Assembly (NCBI GenBank): GCA_963748815.1
Contig: CAVVKJ010000006.1
Span: 1 to 64,000 of the forward strand
Length of the DNA: 64,000 nucleotides
DNA from: an uncultured Gemmatimonadales bacterium
GTDB lineage: Bacteria > Gemmatimonadota > Gemmatimonadetes > Gemmatimonadales > GWC2-71-9
Direction: 5' to 3'
Positions within the stretch are counted from its first letter, which is position 1, and each line of letters starts with the position of its first letter. The notes under the pieces are model-generated. The model had not been told where the DNA came from. It was given only the letters and a program-made list of their open reading frames with translations, and searched no databases. The position numbers and the translations under genes were made by a program. This document shows, piece after piece, positions 32,729-43,185 of the stretch.

Positions 32729-34904
32729 CTACTGGCCGTCGGGCGCGGGCTCGACTGGGGCGACTTCGACCTCCGTGGACCGGCCGAACGGCAGGTGCAC
32801 CGGGCAGGCCTCGTTCGGCTCGCTGCCGGGCAGGAACCATTCCGTGACCCGCACCGCCGTCGGACAGTACGGCGAGGCCCGGAAACCGGTCGTCTTGTCG
32901 ATCTCGGCGCTGACGAGGCCGTCCGGCTGGGCCCAGCCCCCGGGGGTGGGGCGCCGCTCGTAGACCTCCAGCATCATCTGCTGCCACGCCGGTGCCGCGA
33001 GCAGGCCGCCCTGCGCGTTCGGCTTGATCCGCTCCGGCACATCGAGCCCGAACCAGAAGCCGGTGACGAGATCGGAGGTGTAGCCGACGAACCAGACGTC
33101 GTTGCCGTCGTTGGTGGTGCCGGTCTTGCCGCCGACCGGGAAGCGGATGCCGGCCACGGCGCGGGTGCCGGTGCCGCGACGCACCACGTCCTGCAGCGCC
33201 CCGTTCATGATCCAGGCGAGCGGCGGGTCCATGACCGGATCGAGGCGGGGCTTCGGCTGCCAGAGGATGTTGCCCTGGCGGTCCTCCACCCGGAGGATTC
33301 CCATCGGGGTGGCCCGTTCCCCCTGGTTGGCGAAGGCGGTGTACGCCGCAATCAACTCCAGCGGCTTGACTACCGACGAGCCGAGATGGATCGACGGGAC
33401 CGCCAGCATCGGGGAGGCGACGAGGCCGAAGCGCGTCCCCTCGGCGATGACCGCCTCCTCGCCGATTTCCATCCCGAGCTTGATCGCGATGATGTTGACG
33501 GACTTGTAGAGCGCCTGCCGGAGCGGCATCGCGCCGGCGAAGCTGTTGTCGTAGTTCTGCGGCTCCCACGCCTCCTGCGCCCCGGGCATCTGCACGGTGA
33601 TGGGCTCGTCCACCATCACGGTGGAGAGGGGAATCCCGGCCCGGACGCCAGCGGTGTAGACGATCGGCTTGAAGGTGGAGCCGGGCTGCCGCAGCGCCTG
33701 CGTGGCGCGGTTGAACTTGCTGTCCTCGAAGTCACGCCCGCCGACCATGGCCAGGATGTACCCGGTCTTCGCCTCGAGGGTGACGGCCAGTCCCTGCAGG
33801 TACGGCGAAAAGGTGGGCCCGACTTCGTCCTCCGACTCCGCCTTCTGCTCGAGGTAGGCGGCGTAACTCAGGTGCCGGTAGGGGCCGTAGGTGCCCGCCT
33901 CGATGGCGCTCAGCTGCGATCTCGAGGGCCCGCTCCGCCGACTGCTGGACCTCGAGGTCGAGGGTGGTGTAGACCCGGAGCCCGTCGGTGTAGAGCCGCG
34001 GCCCGAAGCGCGCGTCGAGCTGCTGGCGGATGTACTCGACGAAGTACTCGGCCACCGCGCTGAAGTCATCGCGCGAGGAGAGCAGCAGCGGGTAGGCCTT
34101 CCAGCGGTCCGCCTCCTGCCGGGTGATGGCGCCCTGTTCGGCGAGGAGGTTGAGGATGAGGTTGCGCCGCTGGATGGCGCGCGCGGGGTGCCGCCGCGGA
34201 TTGTAGCGGCTCGGCGCCTTCGGCATGGCGGCGAGGGTGGCGGCCTCCGCCACGTTCAGGTCGCGGGACGACTTGCCGAAGTAGCGCTGCGACGCCGCCT
34301 CGACGCCGAACGCCCGGTTGCCGAGGTCGATCTGGTTGAGGTAGAGCTCGAGGATCTTGTCCTTGTCGTACCGGGCCTCGATCTCCAGCGCCACCTTGGC
34401 TTCGCGGATCTTCCGGTCGAGCGAGCGCTCGCGGCGGTTGAGATCCTCGGGAAAGAGGTTGCCGGCCAGCTGCATGGTGATGGTCGAGAACCCCTCGCTG
34501 ACCCCGCCGGCGAGGATGTTCGCCTTGACCGCGCCGAAGAACCGGATCCAGTCGACGCCGTGGTGCTGGTAGAAGCGCTTGTCCTCGGTGGCCAGGAAGG
34601 CGGCCACGATGGCGGGCGACATCTCCTGCAGGCTGACGACCGTCCGCCGCTCCTTGCCGAGGTCGGTGATGAGGCGGCCGTCGGCGGCGTAGACCTTGGA
34701 GGCCTGGTCGGGGTCGTAGCTGTCGAGCCCGGCGATGGAGGGGCACCGGTTGCCGGAGCAGGCGCGCACCCAGATCCCGATGCCCAGGGCGGCGCCGAAG
34801 ACCGTCACCCCGAGGATGGTGAGGAGGACGCCCCGGCGGATTTTGGGGGTGCGCCACCACCGGAGGAGGGTGTCGCGGAGGGTGGCGAGCAGGGAACCGA
34901 GCAT
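32729..34904 (-). CDS. mrcA: Class A penicillin-binding protein (PBP1A); frameshift near 33920
   Basis: ATEDKRFYQHHG, STITMQLA, RKIRE, KILELYLN; QPGSTFKP (SxxK), SVN, KTGTTN. Confidence 0.92.
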
Positions 34905-34940
34905 TGAGGGAAAGTAATCGTCCCCCTAGGTTTCTCCACC

Positions 34941-36206
34941 ATGCCGACCCTTCTCGAGACCATGACCGCCCGGGGGCTGGTCCACGACGCCACGCCGGGG
35001 CTGCAGGCCCGCCTGGCCAAGGGACCGGTGACCGCCTACATCGGGTTCGACCCGACCTCCGACTCCCTGCATGTGGGGAGCCTCCTCCCGGTCATGGGGC
35101 TGGCCTGGCTCCAGAAGTTCGGGGGACGGCCGATCGCGCTGGTGGGCGGCGGCACCGGCATGGTGGGCGACCCGAGCGGGAAGCGGGACGAGCGCCCGAT
35201 CCTGTCGGTGGACGTGATCGACCGCAACTCGGCCGCCCTCAAGACCCAGCTGGCGCACTTCCTCGACTTCGACGGGCCGGCCGCCGCCCGCGTCATGAAC
35301 AACGCCGACTGGCTCCGCGGACTGGGGCTGATGGAGTTCCTGCGCGACACCGGCAAGCACTTCACCGTCAACTACATGCTGCAGAAGGACTCGGTGCAGA
35401 GCCGGATGGAGACCGGCATCAGCTTCACCGAGTTCAGCTACATGCTGGTGCAGGCGTACGACTTCTGGCACCTCTTCCGCGAGGCCGGGTGCGAGCTGCA
35501 GATGGGCGGCAGCGACCAGTGGGGCAACATCACGGCGGGGATCGAGCTGATCGGGCGGCGGGAACAGGGCAGCGCTCACGGGCTCGTGATGCCGCTCCTC
35601 ACCACGGCGGGCGGCGCCAAGTTCGGGAAGAGCGAGGACGGCAACGTCTGGCTCGACCCGGCGCGCACCAGCCCCTACAAGTTCTACCAGTTCTGGCTCA
35701 ACACCGACGACCGGGACGTGGAACGCCTGCTGAACTTCTTCACTTTCCTGTCGGGTGACGAGATCGCGGCGGCCATGACCGAGCAGACCGCCGATCCGAG
35801 CCGCCGGTCGGCGCAGCGCCTCCTGGCAGGGGACATCACCGCCCGGGTGCACGGCGCGGACACCACCCGGCGCGTCATTGCCGCGAGCGCCATCCTCTTC
35901 GGCGGCACCGATCTTCGCGCCGCCGACGCCGGCGTCTTCGAGGTGCTGAGCGGCGAGATGCCGACCACGGCGCTCCCCGCGGGAATCCTCGACACCGGTC
36001 TCCCGCTGGTCGACGCCCTGGTCACGGCCGGCCTTGCCACCTCGAAGAGCGACGCGCGCCGGGGCATCCAGGGGAAGGGCTTCGCCGTCAACGGCGAGAA
36101 GACCGACGACGTGGAGCGGACCCTGACCTCAGGCGACCTGCTGGCCGGCGGATATGTGATGCTGCAGAAGGGGAAGAAGAATTACGCGTTGCTGAAGGTG
36201 GATTAG
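34941..36206 (+). CDS. tyrS: Tyrosine--tRNA ligase
   Basis: [35 protein letters not shown]-terminal S4 domain. Confidence 0.97.
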   Translation: MPTLLETMTARGLVHDATPGLQARLAKGPVTAYIGFDPTSDSLHVGSLLPVMGLAWLQKFGGRPIALVGGGTGMVGDPSGKRDERPILSVDVIDRNSAALKTQLAHFLDFDGPAAARVMNNADWLRGLGLMEFLRDTGKHFTVNYMLQKDSVQSRMETGISFTEFSYMLVQAYDFWHLFREAGCELQMGGSDQWGNITAGIELIGRREQGSAHGLVMPLLTTAGGAKFGKSEDGNVWLDPARTSPYKFYQFWLNTDDRDVERLLNFFTFLSGDEIAAAMTEQTADPSRRSAQRLLAGDITARVHGADTTRRVIAASAILFGGTDLRAADAGVFEVLSGEMPTTALPAGILDTGLPLVDALVTAGLATSKSDARRGIQGKGFAVNGEKTDDVERTLTSGDLLAGGYVMLQKGKKNYALLKVD

Positions 36207-36368
36207 GCGGGGAAGCGGGGAAGCGGGGCAGATTGTCATCCCCGCGAAAGCGGGGATCCAGTGACATCTACACTCTGGACCCCCGCTTTCGCGGGGGTGA
36301 CGACGCAATGGACCCCCGCTTTCGCGGGGGTGACGACGCAATGGCCCCCCGCTTCCGCGGGGGTGACG
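36207..36368. repeat. GCGGGGAA tandem plus family 1 REP cluster (1 forward, 3 inverted units)
   Basis: GTCATCCCCGCGAAAGCGGGGATCCA then TGGACCCCCGCTTTCGCGGGGGTGACGACGCAA repeated. Confidence 0.9.
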
Positions 36369-36384
36369 GCCAACGCCCCGCCAG

Positions 36385-37940
36385 CTACCACCGCGTCGTG
36401 CGCCGCCTGGTCTTCGGCGGCTTGGCTCCGAGCAGCCCGAAGAGGCCGCGTACCATCTCCCGCCCCACCGTCCGTCCCACCGTCGCCGCCAGGCTCCCCA
36501 ACAGCGCACCGCCGAGGACCTTCGAGGTCTTGGACATCGTACCCGGCTTTTCCTGCCTGGCAGGTGCGGCGGGCGCCGCGGGCATTTCGGCGGTCTTCTC
36601 GATGCGTCGCGCCAGCATTTCCCGGGCGCTGTCCCGATCGATCGACTGCCCGTATTCGGCCAGCAGGTCCGAGGTCCCGATGTCGGCCAGCAACTCCTCC
36701 GAAGTGAGCGGCGCCATCCGCGACGTCGGCGGGATCAGGCGGGTGGCCACCACCGGCGTCGGCACGCCGCGCGGGTTGAGCGCGGTCACCACCGCCTCGC
36801 CGATGCCGAGGGTGGTGAGCGTCTCCTCGAGATCGTAGTACGCAGTCTTCGGAAAGGTGCGTACGGTGGCGCGGAGCGCCTTGTCGTCGTCCGGCGTGTG
36901 GGCGCGGAGGGCGTGCTGCACCCGGTGCCCCAGCTGCGCCAGCACATCCGAGGGCACATCCTTGGGCGTCTGCGTCACGAAGTAGACGCCCACACCCTTG
37001 GAGCGGATCAGGCGGACCACCTGTTCCACCTGCTCCAGGAACGCCTTCGGTGCGTCGTTGAAGAGCAGGTGCGCCTCATCGAAGAAGAACACCAGTTTCG
37101 GCTTCGAGAGGTCGCCCGCCTCGGGAAGGTTCTGGTAGAGCTCGGCGAGCAGCCACATCATGAAGGTCGAGAAGAGGCGGGGCTTGTCCTGCACATCGGC
37201 GAGCTCCAGGCAGGTGACGACGCCGCGTCCGTCCGAGGTGCAGGTGAGCAGGTCCCGCACGTCGAATTCCGGCTCGCCGAAGAAGGCCTCCGCCCCCTGC
37301 TCTTCCAGCTCGATCATCTTCCGGAGCAGCACCCCCACCGACGCCGAGGACATCCCGCCGTACTCCTTGAGGGCCGGCTTGCCTTCGTCGCTGTCCAGGT
37401 ACTGCAGCACCGCCCGGAGGTCGGCAAAATCGAGCAACGGCATCCCCTGGTCGTCGCAGAACTTGAAGACGAGCGAGAGCACGCTGGTCTGGGTCTCGTT
37501 GAGCGACAGCACCTTGCCGAGGAGGAGCGGCCCGAACGAACTGACCGTAGCCCGCAGCTGCACCCCCAGCTTCCCCGTCAGGCTCACGAACTCCACCGGC
37601 ACGCCGGCGCCCTGCCAGTCCCACCCGATGCTCGCGGCCCGCTCCGCGATGCGCGTGTTCGTCTCCCCCGGCATGGCCAGGCCGGAGAGATCTCCCTTGA
37701 GGTCGGCCACGAACACCGGCACCCCCTGGGCGGACAGCTGCTCGGCGAGCAATTGCAGCGTCTTGCTCTTGCCGGTACCGGTGGCGCCGGCCACCAGGCC
37801 GTGGCGATTCATCATGGCCAGCGGAATGCAGACCCGGGGAGCGGGATGGACCGTGGCGCCCTCGAGCGCGGCGCCGAGGGTGACGCTGGGGCCGTCGAAG
37901 CCGTAGCCGGCTTGAGAGTGCGTCAGTGGAAGGAAGTCAT
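36385..37940 (-). CDS. HerA-like ATPase (DUF853/YjgR family); N-terminal frameshift
   Basis: MNRHGLVAGATGTGKS, DLKGDLSG, FFGEPEFD, KPKLVFFFDEAHLLF, RLIRSKGVGVYFVTQ, QHALRA. Confidence 0.92.
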
Positions 37941-37996
37941 GGATCCTTGCTCAGATTCGGGAAACGAAGCCATCGCTTTTCGATGAGGCCACGGAA

Positions 37997-38130
37997 CAGG
38001 AACTGAAGACGAGGGAATGCCGGAAAACAGCAGAAGGTCGGAAAACTGCCTGGGTGGTCGCGTCCGCACCCCAGCAAGCAGTTCTTCCGTGTTTCCGGCT
38101 TTCTTCCGAGCTTCCCTCGTTTTCTTTCCT
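37997..38130 (+). other. Long multi-stem inverted repeat (candidate structured RNA or palindromic element)
   Basis: Nested complementary arms 38005-38017/38112-38124, 38019-38028/38091-38099, 38039-38049/38078-38089, 38050-38054/38070-38074. Confidence 0.55.
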
Positions 38131-38133
38131 TGA

Positions 38134-38228
38134 CTGGACCCCCGCTTCCGCGGGGGTGACGACGCAATGGACCCCGGCTTTCGCCGGGGTGACGGCGGGA
38201 CCGACCCCCGCTTGCGAGGGGGTGACGA
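38134..38228. repeat. Family 1 REP cluster, 3 units
   Basis: TGGACCCCCGCTTCCGCGGGGGTGACG and two variants. Confidence 0.85.
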
Positions 38229-38245
38229 CCACGCCGGCGCGACGT

Positions 38246-39388
38246 TCACACCCGATCCAGCATCCGCGTCACCCGTTCCATCTCATCGATTGTATTGAAC
38301 AGATGCGGGCTCAGCCGGATGGCCCCTTCGCGCACGCTGGCCACCACCCCCTGCGCGCGGATGACCTTGTACGCGTCGGCGGGCGCCGGCACCGCCACGC
38401 AGACGATTCCCGACCCGTGCGCTCCGACCGGCGAGGTGATCTTCACGCCCTTCCGGGCCGCCCACGCCAGGATCGGCGCCTGCACCGCGGCAATCTGCCG
38501 CGCAATGGCCGGAACCCCGACGTCGATCAGCAACTCCAGCGACTTGTTGTACCCGGCAAAGTCCTGGAAGGGGAGGCTGATCATCTCGTAGCGTTTGGCG
38601 TCCTCGCGGAGGCGCGGATCGTAGTCGGTGAGCCGGGTAAAGTCGTCGGTCCCCTCGAACGCCATCCATCCCATCACCACCGGCTCCACGACCGGAATCA
38701 GTTCCTTCCGCACGTAGACGAACCCGCTCCCCCAGGGAGAGAGCAGCCACTTCTGTCCCCCGCAGGCGAGGATGTCCACGGGGGTGGCCTTCAGGTCCAC
38801 CGGCACCGCGCCCAGGCCCTGGATCGCGTCCACCACGAGGAAAGTGCCGGTCTCCCGGGCGCGTTTCGACAGCCGGCCGAGGTCCACCTGGTATCCGTTG
38901 CTGAACTGGACCAGTGACACCGCCAGCACGCGGACCTTCGGGTCGCCCATCCGCTCGACGAGGAAATCCTCGTCGGGCCACCCCTCCGCCGTGACCGGCG
39001 CCAGCTCGAGCGACACGCCGCGATCCGCCAGCCGCATCCAGGGGTAGACATTGGCCGGGAATTCCCGGTCGCTGGCGAGCACCACATCGCCCTGCTCGAG
39101 CGGCAGCCCGCGCGCGGCGAGGTTGAGGCCGTAGCTGGTATTGAAGCAGAGGGCGATCTCGCCGGCCGTCACGTTCAGTAGCCGGGCGGTCAGCGCCCGG
39201 GCCTGGTCGAGCTCCGAGAAGAAATCGTGGTCGTTCATCCGGTGTGGCGCTGTACGCATCGCGCTGTATTCGTCCAGCCGGCGTCGGGTGCGCTCGGGGA
39301 TCGGCCCGATAGAGGCGCTGTTGAGGTAGATCGCCTCGTCGAGCGCGGGGAATTCCTCGCGGCGGAGGGCGGCGAAATCGGCGCTCAT
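38246..39388 (-). CDS. Class V PLP aminotransferase / cysteine desulfurase-like protein
   Basis: YLNSASIGP, NTSYGLN, EFPANVYPW, VDAIQGLG, GGQKWLLSPWG, IRLSPHLFN. Confidence 0.9.
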   Translation of the reverse strand: MSADFAALRREEFPALDEAIYLNSASIGPIPERTRRRLDEYSAMRTAPHRMNDHDFFSELDQARALTARLLNVTAGEIALCFNTSYGLNLAARGLPLEQGDVVLASDREFPANVYPWMRLADRGVSLELAPVTAEGWPDEDFLVERMGDPKVRVLAVSLVQFSNGYQVDLGRLSKRARETGTFLVVDAIQGLGAVPVDLKATPVDILACGGQKWLLSPWGSGFVYVRKELIPVVEPVVMGWMAFEGTDDFTRLTDYDPRLREDAKRYEMISLPFQDFAGYNKSLELLIDVGVPAIARQIAAVQAPILAWAARKGVKITSPVGAHGSGIVCVAVPAPADAYKVIRAQGVVASVREGAIRLSPHLFNTIDEMERVTRMLDRV

Positions 39389-39397
39389 GGGACGCTC

Positions 39398-40240
39398 CTA
39401 CCGTTCGGTGCGGAATTTGGGATCGTACGCCTCGCGCAGCGTGTCACCCACCAGGTTGAACCCGAGGACCGCCAGACCGATGGCGATGCCAGGGGCGAAC
39501 GATACCCACGGCGCCACGCGGAGCAGGTCCCGTCCGTCGGCCACCATCGAGCCCCAGCTCGGCGTGGGAGGCTGGGCGCCGAGTCCCACGAACGACAGCG
39601 CCGCCTCCGCCATGATGGCGCCGGCCATGCCGAGCGTCGCGGCGACGATGACCTGGGCGCGGACATTCGGGAGGAGGTGCCGGAAGAGGATCCGGTGATC
39701 GGGCGCGCCGAGCGCCTGCGCGGCGACCACGTACTCGGCGCCCTTGAGCACCAGCACCTGCCCGCGAACCAGCCGGGCCATCGCGGCCCATCCGACGACG
39801 CCGATCACCACGAACACGACCGGAAGCGACGGGTTGACCGCCGCGGCCACCGCGATGAGGAGCAGCAGCGTGGGGAAGGCGAGGGTCACGTCGGCGAGGC
39901 GCATGATGAGCGCGTCCACCCGGCGGCCATAGTACCCCGAGATGAGGCCGAGGGTCACGCCCAGGAGGCTGGCGACGACCTGGCTGATGATGCCGACGGC
40001 GAGCGAGATCCGCGCGCCGTACACGACGCGGGTCAGCACGTCCCTGCCCTGCGTGTCGGTCCCCAGCAGATGCTCGAGGCTCGGCGGCAACAGGTAGGCG
40101 GTGGCAGGGTCGCCGGCATAGGGGCCGCCGGGGGCCACCCACTGGGCCAGCAGCGCGGCGCCCACCACCACGGCCACGAGGAGGAGGCCGAGCTGGAAGA
40201 AGCGGTCGCGGCGGAAGGGGGCGGCGAGGGGGGAGGGCAT
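39398..40240 (-). CDS. Peptide/nickel ABC transporter permease (DppC/OppC family)
   Basis: HLLGTDTQGRDVLTRVVYGARISL, EYVVAAQALGA, HLLPN, EAALSFVGLG, PSWG. Confidence 0.93.
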   Translation of the reverse strand: MPSPLAAPFRRDRFFQLGLLLVAVVVGAALLAQWVAPGGPYAGDPATAYLLPPSLEHLLGTDTQGRDVLTRVVYGARISLAVGIISQVVASLLGVTLGLISGYYGRRVDALIMRLADVTLAFPTLLLLIAVAAAVNPSLPVVFVVIGVVGWAAMARLVRGQVLVLKGAEYVVAAQALGAPDHRILFRHLLPNVRAQVIVAATLGMAGAIMAEAALSFVGLGAQPPTPSWGSMVADGRDLLRVAPWVSFAPGIAIGLAVLGFNLVGDTLREAYDPKFRTER

Positions 40241-40309
40241 CAATGAAGGTAAGTGAAGGGGAAAAAAGAGAAAGAGGACTTGGGACTTGGTCCATTGTAT
40301 TCTTACCCC

Positions 40310-41419
40310 ATGTCTTCTCCCCGCAACTTCAGCCTTGTCCTGGGTGGTGGCGGCCTCAAGGGGCTGGCGCACATCGGGGTGTTGCAGGCGCTGGAGGAAG
40401 CCGGGCTCCGGCCGAGCGGGGTCGTCGGCTCGAGTATCGGGTCGCTGATTGCCGCGGCGTGGGCCGCGGGGCGCTCGGTCGACTTCATGCGGGAGCGGGC
40501 CCTGCGCCTCAAGCGGCGGGACGTCTTCCAGGTGGCCCACAGCGACATGGCCTTCAAGCGGATGCGGTCGCCAGCCGTCTACCGACACGAGCCGCTCGAC
40601 GATCTCATCCACGAGATGGTGGGCGACAAGACCTTCGACGAACTCAAGCACCCCCTGATCGTCAACACGGTGGACATCAACTCGGGAATGCAGGTGCTCT
40701 GGGGCCTCCCCGGGCTCCGGTACGCCCGGGTGGCCGACGCGGTGTTCGCGTCGTGCGCGCTCCCGGGCATCCTCCCCCCGCGCGAGATCGCCGGACGGTG
40801 GTATGTGGACGGGGCGGTGGCCGACAATCTCCCGGTCAAGGCCGCCACCGTCTGCGGGCCGGGGCCGATCATCGGCGTGGACGTCAGCGCGTCGATGGCG
40901 CTCCGCTCGGAGGTCGAGAAGTCGGGCTTCGCGACGACCTACGCGCGCGGGCTCGAAATCGTCATGCAGACGATGCTGGAGCGGACGCTGCGCCTCTGGC
41001 AGTCGCCGCCGCTGCTGCTGGTGCATCCGCGGGTCGAGGACTACCCGATGTTCGTCTTCGACCGGACGCAGGAATTGATGGCCGAGGGGTACCGCGCCAT
41101 GCGGCAGCTGGTGCCGGAACTGCTGCGCCTGCTGGAATCGTCGGAGGTGGGCATCTTCCCGAAGACGCCGGTCCGCATCCACGTCGACCGGGCCCGCTGC
41201 ATCGGCTGCGGCGCCTGCGCCCTGCGGGCGCCGGGCATCTTCCAGATGGACGGATTGGGAAAGGCGGAGGTCGTGGCGCCGCGCCAGGCGTGGTCGCCGC
41301 TCGACGGCATCTACATCCGGAACTGCCCGACCTGGGCCATCAGCGCCCGGCCGGTGACCGGGGAGTGGAGTGGGCCACTCCCGATAGCGGCGGATCCAGC
41401 TACACGGAAGCCGGAATGA
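40310..41419 (+). CDS. Patatin-like phospholipase fused to a C-terminal ferredoxin-like domain
   Basis: GGGGLKGLAHIGV, GSSIG (GxSxG), ASCALPG, VDGA; C-terminal VDRARCIGCGAC...APGIF...NCPTWAIS. Confidence 0.85.
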   Translation: MSSPRNFSLVLGGGGLKGLAHIGVLQALEEAGLRPSGVVGSSIGSLIAAAWAAGRSVDFMRERALRLKRRDVFQVAHSDMAFKRMRSPAVYRHEPLDDLIHEMVGDKTFDELKHPLIVNTVDINSGMQVLWGLPGLRYARVADAVFASCALPGILPPREIAGRWYVDGAVADNLPVKAATVCGPGPIIGVDVSASMALRSEVEKSGFATTYARGLEIVMQTMLERTLRLWQSPPLLLVHPRVEDYPMFVFDRTQELMAEGYRAMRQLVPELLRLLESSEVGIFPKTPVRIHVDRARCIGCGACALRAPGIFQMDGLGKAEVVAPRQAWSPLDGIYIRNCPTWAISARPVTGEWSGPLPIAADPATRKPE

Positions 41420-41475
41420 GGACTGGGGACTGAGGACTGAGGTTGCATCGGAGCCCACTCAGTCCTCAGTCCTCT
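41418..41475. repeat. Inverted heptamer tandem repeats (GAGGACT / AGTCCTC) between convergent genes
   Basis: GAGGACTGGGGACTGAGGACTGAG faces CTCAGTCCTCAGTCCTC; related GAGGACTTGGGACTTGG at about 40274. Confidence 0.6.
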
Positions 41476-42224
41476 GTTCGGTGTTCCCTCTCCCATAGGT
41501 ACGCATACTTCAAGAACCCCGCATACGCATCCAGCCCCGACTGCACGACTCCACGCCGGCCGTCGAGCACGCCACCCGCCAGGAAGTAGGCCTTCAGGAA
41601 TCGTCCGACCGGACGGAGTGCCAGGTCACTCCACCGGGCGCGGTGGCCCGCGTCCCAAAGATCGCCGGCGCCCCATTCCGCGTAGCGATTGAGCTTCTCC
41701 ACGTGGTGGGCCAGCGACCGGTAGGGATGATGGACGAGCGTCTGCTCGAGCTCCCCGACGTCCGCAACCGTTTCCAGCCCCTCGTGGACCCGGCGTTCGA
41801 CGTACCGGCGATGCTTTCCGAAGAGCCGCACGACCCAGTCCCGGGCCCATCCACCGCGCGTCTGCTCCACGCCGAGGTAGAAGTTGCGGCGGCGCACCCG
41901 ATACGCCTCGCGCGCCGGCGCGGTGAGGACCCGCGCCAGTTCGACGGCCAGTTCCGGCGTGACCCGCTCGTCGGCGTCGAGTGTGAAGATCCAGGCGTTC
42001 CGCGCGGCGGCGATGCCGGCGTTTCGCTGCGCGGCGATGGTCGGCCCGGTCCCCTCGAGGACCGTGGCGCCGGCGGCGCGGGCCAGGGCGATGGTGTCGT
42101 CGGTGGAGCCGGCATCGGCCACCAGGACCTGCTCGGCAAAGGCGGCGCTCCCGACACAGGCGGCGATGTTCGCCGCCTCGTTCAGGGTGGGGATGACGAC
42201 GGTCAGCGGGAGCGGTGCCTGCAC
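41466..42224 (-). CDS. GT2 LPS-core glycosyltransferase (WaaE/KdtX-like)
   Basis: VVIPTLNEA, DAGSTDDT, QRNAG, LDADERVTPEL, VHE, KLNRYA, FLKY. Confidence 0.88.
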   Translation of the reverse strand: MQAPLPLTVVIPTLNEAANIAACVGSAAFAEQVLVADAGSTDDTIALARAAGATVLEGTGPTIAAQRNAGIAAARNAWIFTLDADERVTPELAVELARVLTAPAREAYRVRRRNFYLGVEQTRGGWARDWVVRLFGKHRRYVERRVHEGLETVADVGELEQTLVHHPYRSLAHHVEKLNRYAEWGAGDLWDAGHRARWSDLALRPVGRFLKAYFLAGGVLDGRRGVVQSGLDAYAGFLKYAYLWEREHRTED

Positions 42225-42255
42225 GGGTCCTCGGGCGGCGTCGCCGGTGCGGAGA

Positions 42256-43122
42256 TCAGACGAGGCGATAGTTCCGGTATTCGAAGAGGCGCGCTCCGGT
42301 CAGGCGTTCGATCACGTCGGAGGCGTAGAACCGGAGGTGCTCCAGCTCGAAGTGCGGCGGTTCGACCACGCGCTCCGGATCCTTGGCGCGCTCGGCGACA
42401 TATCCCTGCGCGACCTTCGGATGCGTGCCGGTGAAGGGCCGGAGCCCCGGAAGCCAGGGCAGCAGCGGACGCTTCGCCTCCCGCTCCGCCGACCAGGGAT
42501 AGATGGTGCGGTTGGTGGCGATCTTGGCCCGCAGCGCCGCGGCCGGCCGGGCCCAACCGTAGTGGAACATCTGCGCGTTGGTCAGGCGGGCCCGCGTCTT
42601 CCGGTTGTCGGGCCCGACCCGGAAGCCCTGCGCGCCCTTGTACGGCCGGAGGTCGAGCGCCGGGTCCAGCCGGAGCGCGCGAATTTCGCGCCGGTACCAG
42701 CGCCGGTTGGTGGCGATGGTGTCGAAATCCCCGTAGAAGTGCAGGTACTTCACCAGCAGCGCCTCGACGTTGGGATCGTCGTCGACCGCCGCCATGGCGG
42801 CCACGAGCTCGGGCCCCCCCTGCTCGTGCAGCACCTCGTCGGCCTGGATGTAGATGCCCCAGGGATGGCTGCACGCGCGCATGGCGCGCAGGGTCTCGTC
42901 GCTCAGCATCCAGTTCTTGCGGGAGACGTCCCAGACACCCTCGACGATTTTGATCTTGGGGTCGTCGATGGACTTGATCAGGTCCAGCGTGCCGTCGTCC
43001 GAGGGCCCGACATTGACGACGACCTCGTCGCAGACCGGGAGGATGGACCGGATGCTCGCCTCGACCGGGAAGTCGTGGCTGATCGCGTTCTTGATGATGG
43101 TGAAGCCGGAGACCCTGACCAT
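42256..43122 (-). CDS. GT2-family glycosyltransferase
   Basis: VSGFTIIKNA, SILPVCDE, SDDGT, YIQADEVLHE, YLHFYG, HYGWAR. Confidence 0.85.
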   Translation of the reverse strand: MVRVSGFTIIKNAISHDFPVEASIRSILPVCDEVVVNVGPSDDGTLDLIKSIDDPKIKIVEGVWDVSRKNWMLSDETLRAMRACSHPWGIYIQADEVLHEQGGPELVAAMAAVDDDPNVEALLVKYLHFYGDFDTIATNRRWYRREIRALRLDPALDLRPYKGAQGFRVGPDNRKTRARLTNAQMFHYGWARPAAALRAKIATNRTIYPWSAEREAKRPLLPWLPGLRPFTGTHPKVAQGYVAERAKDPERVVEPPHFELEHLRFYASDVIERLTGARLFEYRNYRLV

Positions 43123-43185
43123 GGCACCTGACGCCGTTGCGGGAAGGGAGAAATCTACCCCGCCCCACGGGTGAATTCCACCGCG

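Noticed and set aside
36235..36368. CRISPR array (also 25228-25350 and 38134-38228)
   Set aside because: Units are palindromic REP-like sequences with only a few nt between them, mixed orientation, no unique spacers and no cas genes.
30855..37940. HNH plus HerA-like ATPase as an anti-phage defence system
   Set aside because: Both belong to widespread stand-alone families and are separated by PBP1A and tyrS.
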